This document shows positions 24,361 through 35,119 of a stretch of 64,000 nucleotides of DNA, in pieces. Source of the stretch: Guillardia theta CCMP2712. Its lineage: Eukaryota; Protista; Cryptophyta. The notes below the pieces were generated by a model, which did not search any database, was not told the origin of the DNA, and saw nothing but the letters and a program-made list of their open reading frames with translations. The stretch lies in assembly GCF_000315625.1 (NCBI RefSeq), contig NW_005434647.1:176103-240102 (forward strand). The letters run 5' to 3'. A program made the position numbers and the translations under genes. Numbering within the stretch: the first letter of the stretch is position 1; each line of letters starts with the position of its first letter.

Positions 24361-25047
24361 ATGGCAGCTGAATCCAAGATCGGATCATGCACTCAGGTTA
24401 CGTCATTGCCTCACAGATGTGATGTTTGATGGTTTCTCCAGGTCATTCGCTCCAATGGAGAAATTTTTGCAGTTGCTCACCCACAGCGCAAGACTGGGTA
24501 CAAGTCTGTGAACAGCGAGACGAATGTACGGACTCTTGGATCAAAGACGTGAGCTGTCAAGGAAGCTTGATGCCCGTGATCTGATCGATCTTTGTATCAG
24601 AACTTACAAACAATTCTATGAAGATGAAGTGGCTCTTCCGACCGTGACTAAGAATCCGAAAGGCATGTCTTACAGGTGACAAGATGCTTCGCTAAGATGT
24701 GCTGCTCATGTTCAGCGCGATGATCTTCAATGAGCAGGCCTAAGCTTGTTCCCTACGACATGAACAGCATCGTCAACCAACTTCCAGTCAGGTTTGACCG
24801 CGAACCTCTGCACGGCGTGAGGTTCTGTGCTCCCAGAAACATCAGTCAGTTTGGGTGAGATATCGTTTGTGTGAGCTTATCCTGTTCTCATGTAAGACAC
24901 AGGCTTGGTGATCGCCCATATGAACGACAGTATGTGACTTCAAACAAGAACTCGTTTGTTCAGCATCATGGGCTGCCAGTCGGCTTCACAAATCAGGGCA
25001 TCATGAGCGAAAAAACCAGATTTCTCCACTGGAAGCAATCCCTGTAG
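24361..25047 (+). CDS. Small spliced hypothetical protein (~160 aa, 5 exons), not visible in the ORF track
   Basis: Four short GT-AG introns join in frame: MAAESKIGSCTQ/VIRSNGEIFAVAHPQRKTGYK.../TYKQFY...MSYR/PKLVPYDMNS...RNISQFG/LGDRPYERQYVTSNKNSF...FTNQGIMSEKTRFLHWKQSL*. Confidence 0.75.
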
Positions 25048-25282
25048 AAGGTTCTGGGATTGGAGACTGTCAATGATTGAAGTTACAAATGTGGTGCGCA
25101 ACGTTTTGAAACATGAAACACGTGAAAAGAGATATATATGCAGATGGGCAAAGTTGATTAGGCTATCGCGGTGATGTAATAAATCATACATGTAGGACGA
25201 GATTTTTGCACTTGGAACAACAGCTCACTCGCATGTTTCACGGAAATCATTTATTGAGCGTCATATAGGTATATCAACTGAT

Positions 25283-27416
25283 TTAGGCATAGACTTGGTA
25301 GTCGGCGATCTTCACGTTGCAGTTCTGCAGGAGCTGCTGGAACTCCTCAGCAGTCACGGTCTCCTTCTCCACGAGCAGCCTCGCGAGCTCATCAAGCGCC
25401 TCTCTGTTGTCGAGGAGGAGCTGCTTGGCACGGTTGTAGGCACCGGACACGAGGCGGGAGACCTCAGAGTCGATCAAGGCCTTGGTCTCGCCAGACATGA
25501 CAGCCTGCTGCTGACCCATCTGCCTGCCGAGGAAGGGAGAGCCGGCATCCTGCGCGAGCGCCACCTGGCCGACACGCTCGGACATGCCGAACCTGGTGAC
25601 CATCATCTTGGCAGTGCTGGTAACTCTCTCCAAGTCGTTGGAGGCTCCAGTGGTAACCTCATCCTCCCCAAAAACAATCTCCTCCGCAATGCGTCCCCCC
25701 AAGGCCACAGCCATCTGAGACTCCAAGAACTGGCGGGAGTACAAGCCGGAATCAACCCTGTCCTCGTTGGGAGCGAAGAAGGTCAATCCTCCCGCTCCTC
25801 CACGGGGAGTGATGGTGATCTTGGCAACCTGATCGTAGTCAGGGGTGAGGGCGCCGACAATAGCGTGCCCGGCCTCGTGGTAGGCGACGAGCTCCTTCTT
25901 CTGGAGGCTGACGACGGCGTTCTTCTTCTCCGGGCCGAGGGTCACGCGGTCAAGAGCATCGCTGATCTCGTCGTTGCCGATGGAGACCTTGTTCTTCCTG
26001 GCAGCGAAGATAGCTGCCTCGTTCATCAAGTTGGCCAAGGAGGCACCGGAGAAGCCGGGGGTACGGCGAGCGATCTGGTTGAGGTCGATGTCATCGCCGA
26101 GGGGCTTGCCGCGGGAGTGGACACCAAGGATGGCAACACGTCCAGCGAAGTCAGGGAGGTCGACAACAATCCTTCTGTCGAAGCGGCCAGGACGAAGGAG
26201 AGCAGGGTCAAGAACATCGGCTCTGTTGGTGGCAGCGATGACGATAATTCCGGGGTTGCCCTCGAAGCCGTCCATCTCAGTGAGGATCTGATTGAGGGTC
26301 TGCTCCCTCTCGTCGTTTCCTCCAGCGATACCAGCTCCGCGCTGACGGCCAACGGCGTCGATCTCATCGATGAAGATGATGCAAGGGGCGTTCTTCTTGG
26401 CCTGGGAGAAGAGGTCGCGAACCCTGGAAGCTCCCACACCAACAAACATCTCGACGAACTCAGAGCCGGAGATGGAGAAGAAAGGAACACCGGCCTCTCC
26501 AGCAACAGCGCGGGCAAGGAGGGTCTTACCAGTTCCGGGGGGGCCCTCGAGGATGAGACCACGGGGGATGCGAGCTCCGATCTCAGTGAACCTCTCGGAC
26601 TCCTTGAGGAACTGAACAACCTCCTCGAGCTCAATCTTGGCTCCGTCAACTCCAACAACGTCATTGAAAGTCACACCAGTATCCGGCTGCATCTGAACCT
26701 TGGCTCCCGACCTGCCTAGGTCCATGGGTCCGCCGAATCCACCGCCACCAGGGAAGTTTCCTCCCTGGTCTCCTCCGCGGCGGGAGAGGAGAAAAAGGCC
26801 GCCGAAGAGAAGAGCGGGGAAGATGAGGGAGCGAATGAGGTCTCCTCCGCCTCCGGGCTGTTGGGCGGGAAGGACAGTCACGTCAACCTTGTGCTTGGTG
26901 AGGGTGTCGAGGAGAGTTGGGTCGTTGGGAAGGGCATCGAGCTTGTAACGATTGCCGTCGACGTCAACGGCGAGCACGCGGCGGCCATCCGCGGAGAAGG
27001 TGACCTTCTCCACCTTGTCGCCCTCCACGGCGTTCATGAACTCGGAGTAGCGCCAGTTCTGAACTCCACCAGCTTCCACCCTCTTCACAGGAGCCGCAGC
27101 CGGCTCAACTGCTGCCTGAGCAAAGGCTGGCTGGGCGGAGATTCCGCTTCCGAGAACTACAGCAGCCATGGCAGCGGCCATCTGACGACGAACCTGTACC
27201 ATGCGTCAGAAGAAGCAAAGCTTAGACCGAACAACTCACGTCGTCCTGGTTCTTCATGTTCACGCTGACAATTCCACCGCGTCCATTCCTCAAGGTGGCA
27301 GCAGGGACTGCGCTCTTCCTGAGAGCGAGCGGGGATCCAGCTCCGGGGGCAAAGGCATCGGCGTACTGCGACAGGCAAGCGCAGCCAAACAGCAAGACAG
27401 AAGTTCTCAACGGCAT
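25283..27416 (-). CDS. ftsH: Thylakoid ATP-dependent Zn metalloprotease FtsH (FtsH1/5 type), nuclear-encoded, 2 exons
   Basis: [10 protein letters not shown] lumenal domain, Walker [33 protein letters not shown]. Exon 1 [24 protein letters not shown]... splices to [25 protein letters not shown]. Confidence 0.96.
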
Positions 27417-29533
27417 ACTGGCCTCAGAAAATTAATTCCAACCTATAAGGATCATTGAATCAGTAAGTTTGTTTACACCCAAGTTCTGGTAAAGTGATAC
27501 GCTCTAATCTCAGCCAAAATCCAATACAGCTCAAATCATTGTGCAAACAGAAAAAATCTACAACGGCCGCAAATGGAAATTCTGAAGCTGCAATGTTTTT
27601 CACTGAACGATTCGGGTACAAAAAGCGTTCTTCGATGGAGGGTAAGGAAGCTCGCTCAAAACTTGTCTCTACTTTAATACGCGCAAACATACTGACCCTC
27701 TATCCACACCTGTGACATGGTCTACGAGGGGGGAATCGTTCACATGACTCCATCTCCATGTGAATTTTCTAACTTGATCCTCTTCCTCTCCTCTTATGTT
27801 TCCCCTTCGTCCGAACCATCGCATGCTCACAAACACCCAAGATGTCTTGTCAGCATCTTTCCGCCTCTACTTGTTCCCTCTCCTCTTGTCGCCTTGAATG
27901 TCCTCCCCCCACCCCCACCCTGAATTGGTGAGCCACACACACCCTCCAGTGTGGACCCACCCTACCCGGCAACCCAACATCTTTGATACTCCCTCATTCC
28001 CCTATGCATATACTGGGTATTTCTCGATTAGAGCACTAAGCTTGAACAGCCTACCCCATAGCCTTTCAGGTGACCTTATTATACCGGTGTGAACGCAAAC
28101 GCCTCCTTATCACTGAACCCTGCAAACCATCACCCCTGCCATCTGTAAGATGGAGTGATATGTACCCTACCCTCCCTTATTACCAAGACTACCCTTATTT
28201 TCCCGCAAGTACTCTCTCAAATACCCACCCCATCTGCGTTACAGCTACCCCACCTTCGATTTGTGTCTTTGGGAGTGCCCGACACATTTCCCCTACCTCG
28301 AAGGACCCCTTTCAGAACAGGAAAAGTACCCGGTGAGTGATTTGCGCACCTGGTGTACCCCCAACTTCCTCAGAAAGGTACCCCTACCATTCCCAGTCCC
28401 CGAACCACTAGAACACAAATCCTGACCCCTACCCCTACAATCACCTCGCGAGTTTTCTCCTCACACCTTCAATAAAACTATTTTCCGGTCTTGGTCGAAA
28501 TATAAAATAAAACATAATAAGAATTTTCATACTTTTTTAATAAGTAAAAAATGAACTTAGCTAAGGAATGGTGAGGCCTGGTACCAATACTTTTCAAGAA
28601 AAACAATTGGCAAACAGTATCTATGATTCTAAAAATAGATATCTTGCTTATGAGTCTGGTTTACTGTGGTAAGGCATTCTCTATAAACATGATTTAGTAA
28701 CAAAGTTTTAAACTTCAGGCCTAATAACTTTGAACCGGGGCCCGAGTGGCAACTCAGTGGAAACTTGGCAAGGCTTGGCACAAACTCGGACCTGCGCTTG
28801 GCACTGATCATGCCGGACCTGCACCGGTCCGGGGACCATCGGTCCTGGTAGGGGCCGCCCGGGGACCGTCCGAGGCTCGGACCGTACTTCCGGGGTGACT
28901 GAACTCCGCGGTGGCCGCACAGGCTACCGTCTCAGTACGGTCGGACGGCCGGCGTGGCTAACTGGGGGTACGGCGGTCGGCTTCCGAGTCCGCTTTTCAC
29001 GCCGCCGGTGCCGCACTGCGGCATTGCCAGCCTCGGAGCGGCCGAGAGCGATCCGAGTCCGATCTCTTCGAATTTCTTCTTCAGAGTCTCGGGCCTCTTG
29101 CCTCGACGGTTGACCTGTTGCATAAACCATTCTCTCATTGGATGCGTCCGATCACTCCATCCAGTCATCCGGCTTCCTCAGCGTAGAAGCTCTCGTCGTG
29201 CTTGCTGAACGTGGCATCCTGTGTCCGGCGGACGGTGCGGATCATTGCTTCTGCGCCTCCACCACAGCCTTGCAAGCCTAGCTCTTCACCCTCTCGACCA
29301 GATCAGCTTGGAGGACCGAGGCATCCACAAGCTCGCCCTGCGTGTATTGATGATTGGAATGATCTCCGATACAGCATGTTGCGAACACTTTCATCATACT
29401 GAAGAACCATACTTAAGTTAAAAAGCTGTTTGAACCATACAAACCTCTTCAAGTTGCTTGCAGCTCCCTTCAAGCCGCGCCCAGGCGGCTTCCCCTACAC
29501 CTGGCGCGCAGCCATGGTGCCTGAAATACACGG

Positions 29534-29564
29534 CTAAACCCTAAACCCTAAACCCCTAACCCCC
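29534..29564 (+). repeat. Interstitial telomere-like repeat (CCCTAAA)n
   Basis: ctaaaccctaaaccctaaacccctaacccc. Confidence 0.7.
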
Positions 29565-30938
29565 GAACTACCGGGACGAGAAGTGGGAAATTTCAGGCAG
29601 GCATGAGGAGCATCACTTGTACTCAGCTCATATTCGGAGAGGCTTCAAGCCGGCGGCCGACGACGAAGATGCGAGAAGCAGAGGGCTGGGAAAAGAGGGG
29701 AGGGAGGAACAGGAGGGCTGGGAAAAGAGGGGAGGGAGGAGCAGGAGGGCTGGGAGAAGAGGGGAGGGAGGAGCAGGAGGGAGCAGGAGGAGCAGGACAA
29801 CGCAGTCCCTATCATCCCCTCAAAGTGCAAGCTCCAAGTAGACTGAAAATGCTTACCGCCTTCCGAGGAAGAACATGGGGTCAAAGATACACATCCTGTA
29901 CCAGGATCGATCTCGATCTAGAGCATAACGAGTCACAAGGACAGGGATGTGCGATCAAACATTCCTCAAACAACCAGAATCAGCCTGAAAGATTGCGCAA
30001 ACACAGATCAAGATCGTACACATGCTGATTAGGATCACGTTGTTGAGGGAATAAATCGTCACTCAACACGTCGCCTACTCCCAGCTCATTCATACGCATT
30101 TTTGAGATGCATGTGAGGAATTGCGTTTGAACCTTTTATGACGTGACGAGACGTTGTAGTGCTTTTTCACACGCTGCTGAATTTGTAGGGTAAGCAGTGT
30201 CAACCCTGATGTAGCGCTGTGCAACATCAAGTGGCGCTACCGTTTACATGTTTCTAAGATATCATGTTTACTTATGTCCTGATTCTTGTTCCCTTGCTTG
30301 TCGTGAGGAGGATTTGTTGATTTATCCTATCCTACGCAGCTTGCTCCTGTTTGTCCCTTCCCCTCCAGTAAACCGAAGAAGATCATTCTCTATCTTATGC
30401 TCTCCTCGCCCCCTCCACACGTGTAGACATGGTGAGCGTTGATCTCATGAGCATCTGCACAAAGCCTCCATGACGATGCGGAGTCACGGATACTTGTACG
30501 GATACTTCCCTTCAACAGGACGCTTCATCAGCGCGGCTCCTCCTCTTGCCTTCCCCAACCTTAAGTAAACCAACAGACTTCTATCTTCTGCTTCTATATC
30601 TGCTTTCGTCCTGACTCTACTTTCTATTTGTTTTTTTTAGCTCCGTTGATCTCTACGTTGTGTATACTGACAACACCTCTCCTACTGCACCCATCTGGTT
30701 GGGCTAGTCACAAGTTCTGTAAATGAAGGCTTCACTTCTTGTGACGTCCGATCAGCGGCTGACACTTCTCCCCGATAGCCTCCATTGTGCATCAAGGTCG
30801 GTAGATCAGACGCGTTGAGTGACGGTTTATTCCTAACGTGCCCCTACTCATCTTACTTGAAGGCCTTCAGCATCCCTGCCTCGGGCCCCGCTGAGGCTCC
30901 ACAGCCGTCACGACGACCATCACCTCGTGGCTGAACAC

Positions 30939-31648
30939 TCACAGCCGAGAGGTCATCGCATACCCCAGCAACGACAGCAGCAGAGGAATGTACAGCGACG
31001 AAAGGGTCCTCGGCGCCGCTGAGGTGCAGTTGGTATCACTACATGCTGCTTTGGATTTTTCAGAAGCGATGATGGAGTCAAGCTTGGCTGAGTCGACGGT
31101 GCAGAAGTTTGAGATGTCTGACCTCCTCTTGCTGCAGCAGTCCACCACTGTAGTAGTCGTCGTTGCGCACTGGGAGTCTGAAGTACAGCCTGACAAAAAT
31201 GCATACCCAGAGCATAGGTCCGAGCACTTGGTGGCCTTTGCGGTCTATACAAACATCATCGTCATTGACGCCATCCATCGATTCATACAAAGATGCATTG
31301 CATCACTCACCAAGCCGTAGCTTGCACAAATGCTAGAGAAGAAGGTGGCACAAGTAGCATCGGTTGAAGCCATGAGAGCTGCGCCTGCAATGGCAGCGGC
31401 AAGGTTTGTGTCTGCATCACTTTTCGAGAGACAGCTGCCGTACTGGACGGTTTTCGTTCCGCAGCTTCCTGCAGCCACGAATGACAAACGATCGCTAAGC
31501 AGATCAGACAAGAGCCGGATAGAGCAAGGCATACGAGTCAAAGTGAGAAAGAAAGGCTCAAACCTATGGCGGCATCGCTCTTCTTGGCAATGTTGCATGT
31601 GACGGCTGATGCTGTCGCGATCGCTGTCAGGAGGAGGAAAGCTCGCAT
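30939..31648 (-). CDS. Secreted Cys/Ser/Thr-rich protein, probably GPI-anchored (4 exons)
   Basis: MRAFLLLTAIATASA signal peptide; in-frame splicing through GSCGTKTVQYGSC, TAKATKCSDLCS and GCTSDSQC; tail CTSAAPRTLSSLYIPLLLSLLGYAMTSRL* resembles a GPI signal. Confidence 0.8.
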
Positions 31649-32599
31649 GGTCTTGCTTGGCACGGTCGTTCCTTGGCCCCTCCCGGTGCCTCTGCGGCAG
31701 TGTTAACTTCCGGGGGACCCCTACTTACCCCCTCTGGTACCCCTACTTACCCCCTCTGGTACCCTCCTGTCCCCCACTATGGAAACCTGCCACATATTAT
31801 TATTGTTTGCACACCGGCAGCCACGGGTTTCCCGCCGGCTCCCAGATTCCAAGTCTTTGACTTTATTCAGAGAGATTTGAAATTTACCCTGAAATATTCA
31901 CCGGTCCTTTCAGTGCCTGTCAATTAAAATATCTCATTTTTTTCCCTCTCTGATACATACTGACACGGGGGTGGGGTCCCCTGACTGCTCATATCGTACC
32001 CTCCCTACATTCTAACATTTTTTCTCGATTTGGAGAATGACTCATTTTTTTGCCTCTCCAAATCGAATGAGTCAAACGAATTGAGTTGAGTTCTCCAAAT
32101 ATTTTGAGAATTCAACTTTAATTTGAGAATGAAACGGTGCGATTGACCGTTAGCTCAGAGTTTCAAAGTTTGCAGGAAATCGCCAAGGCAGCCAGGCCGC
32201 CACCACTTAGGTTTGATAATGATAAGGATGATCAAAGCAAAAAGCGCGATGATGACAAGCCAGTGTCAAAACCTCACCGTCGTGGCACAGTCTATCAGGG
32301 CAAATGTGAGTTCTATCTCATGACATCCGAATGGTTCGCCGGATCACTATTGCAGTGAGCTTTTTAATATTTTCTACTTTTCGTATACCTCTTTTTCGAC
32401 TTGCAACCAGCAATGTCACGTAATCCCCGAAACCCTGGCATGTTACCTTCGAGCCCTCCATCCCATTGTGCTGATTTAGTACCGTACGTTCTCGTCTTCT
32501 CCCGGCAGCGGGGCCGGCCTAGGGCCGTCGCGGCGGCGCCGCCCGGGGCCGCGATCTGGCGCCGCCGGCGAGGCTCTGGCCGCAGTGCGGATACAGCTT

Positions 32600-34286
32600 T
32601 TATTCTTTGGATCGCGCTGCTCGCTTAAGCTGCTTGGTCTGTCGGCGTACAACGTCGGCCGCACTTTCTTCATGCGCTTCACTAAAATGCGGGCCCGGGG
32701 TCAAGAGAGCACTCAGAGAATGAGAGACCCTACCTTCTAGGACACAATGAAAATCCACCAGCAGGACCTTCGTAAGCCTGCGACTTGCAGCATGTCCAGT
32801 AGAAGAGCCATTCCACTTTCTTGCCCTGTCATGCACCTGATGTCAGTCGTAGTAGCCGATGATTCTCTATGCTGCTCTGACATTTCGATCCGTTCCCCAG
32901 TTCGCCCACTTCCCAGTGTGCATGCAAAATCCCGGCCGGTTGGTAGCGTTGGTGTACACTTGACCACATCTTCCACATGTGCGCTCCCTGCTGCAAAATC
33001 AGGAAAGGAGAAAACCGTTGACCTCAGATGGGCAAAATATTGTATGAGCAGAGCTCGTCTGTGCAGAGGAGTGAAAAGATACCGACCGGTTGAGCTCCTT
33101 ATGAGCCCTCTTTTCTTCTTTCTGCTCATAACGTGAGCAGAAAGGACGAAACATCACATGGAATATCAAACCAGCTGCTCCGCCGCCCTCCTTTCCTCGT
33201 TCCTTCTGATCTCCTCCTGCCGCGACTGCACAGGATGAATGAGCCCGAATGAGTCCAACGAGACAAGATTGACCTCTTCCAAAGCCCGCTTTGCCTCCTC
33301 TTTTGTTTTCTTCCTGCTCAACATCTCAGCACACTTCACGGCTGCACAACAAGGTACTCGCCTCAGGGACTGCACGCCAGCTTGGAAGGCGGCTTCTTTC
33401 AACTCCAGCGGTCTTTCCTACCGCAGACAATCAAACCTAGAGAGAAGAGACGAGGAGGCAGGAGCTACCTTCATATAGTTGTTCAGCTCCTCCCATCGCT
33501 CCTCTTCAACCCTTTCAACGATCTCCACGCCCTCCAGCTCCTTTTCGAGCCTCATCATATCCCATACCCCTTCGTCATCCAAACGTTCCCTGTGCGTGAG
33601 AGTAAGAAACTGCTGCAAGCACGTTTACACGCTGTTCACATCGCATCCTCGAGTTCAGTCCCCAACAGCTCTCCACTCCAGTACTGCAAGGGAGGGTTAA
33701 GATTCTGCAATCTGTAGCACAGGGATAGAAACCTTCTTTTGCAGCAGTAGGGCCCTTTTCCGCTTCTCCTTTTGGAACGACTCAACTTTCTTCATGATCT
33801 CGGTTGATCTCCTTGACAGCTGGCTGGAAGGATTGTCACACCACAGGCGGACGTTCAGAAGGGCAGGCTACGATTGCACGCCGGAGTCGTTAGCCAGATC
33901 CATCGCAGTCCGGCCCTTACGGTCTTTGATCTCCAGGTTCGCGCCTGCAGGGGACGAGTCACCATCTGCAGCCTGGGGAGCAAGACAGCAACAAGAGGCT
34001 CCTGCTCTGATCCCCACACGCCAACATGCTAGCGCCTCCTGCCTACCGCACCTGAATCGATGAGCACCTTGACCACGGGTAGCCTCCCCCACTTCGCCGC
34101 CAGATGTAGCGCCGTCTGACCACTCGCATCGATCGCGTCAATCGAGACCTTCACCTTCCGGGGAGTCGTCAGACGCGCTCATCGCCATGCACTCCTCACC
34201 TGGCCGTTCTTCCCTTCCAGTATCTCCTCGACCTTCTCTTGGTTGCCATCCCTTGCAGCGACGTGCAGTTGCGTGAGGAAGGACAT
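32600..34286 (-). CDS. Ankyrin-repeat protein with coiled-coil middle and a C-terminal WTCC...C putative Zn motif; many exons
   Basis: LHVAARDG, GQTALHLAAKWG and GANLEIKDRKGRTAMDLA repeats; E/K/R-rich exons; FYWTCCKSQAYEGPAGGFSLCP near the end. Confidence 0.75.
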
Positions 34287-34491
34287 TGCGCCCGATGAAT
34301 CACAAGTTGGATGTACACTGCCAGCTCCGACAATCCAGGTGAAGCTCTTCCCGGTGTTTGAGGTGCGCTTACCCACTCTCTTCAACGACCTCCGTCCTCA
34401 TCCCCTCGAGTCACATCCAGCCATCTCACTCTCCACCTGCATCGCCTCGTTCCTATCCCGCCCTCTTAGCCTGCTTCTCTGCCTACAGAGC

Positions 34492-34628
34492 AGTGCTTGC
34501 AGAGCTCTGTGCAGTGCAGTGCTTGCAGCAGTAGTAGCTTGCAGCAGGCAGGCTTGCTGCAGTGCAGGCTGCAGTGCTGGCTGCAGTGCTTGCTGCAGTG
34601 CTTGCTGCAGTGCTTCAGGCAGTGCTTG
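34492..34628. repeat. Degenerate 12-bp minisatellite (TGCAGTGCTTGC)n
   Basis: About 10 imperfect copies between the divergent ankyrin and WDR62 genes. Confidence 0.8.
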
Positions 34629-35119
34629 TCCGTTGTGTGGACATGAGGGCGATGATCTGTATGATTCACCCATCATCTGCGGTATACGTTTTGGCGCCAT
34701 GGAATGGAGAAGTTGAGGTGATCGATGCAGTGGGTGGGGTGTAGAGCAGGACGGCAGAGGAGGAGGAGGAGCGAGAGGACAGGAGGCTGTGCAGCGGGAG
34801 AGGATGGCAGGCAGAGTCATTGCCGAGCAAGGACAGAAGCATCGTCAAGCTCGAAAGTTGGAGGATGTTGGGCAGGGGGGGGAGATGGGGAGGTAGCAGC
34901 TGGTTGTTAGGGTGGTATGAGACATGGAGACCGTGAAATAGGAGGTACAGGGAAAGAGAGGGAGGGAGGAAGGGAGGGAAGGGGCTAGCGCTCAGTTCTA
35001 GCATGTGGAAGCAGCCTCCTTCTAGCTGGAGTGGAGTTGCGATTGCTGACGTGCTGCCGACAGGAAGAATGCTCGTTTCTGATTTCAGCATGGAACCATA
35101 GTGCCTCGGAGCTTCTGCC

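Noticed and set aside
25295-26719. 474-aa ORF on the + strand
   Set aside because: Antisense shadow of the codon-biased FtsH gene; the same applies to long antisense ORFs over SEC23, WDR62 and the HAT gene.
28932-29420. Coding-like stretch on the - strand
   Set aside because: Interrupted by stops with no consistent splice model; at most a remnant.
29500-30250. Possible telomerase RNA (CTAAACCCT template plus downstream hairpins)
   Set aside because: The tract is about four repeats, longer than a template, and no supporting promoter or pseudoknot is recognisable.
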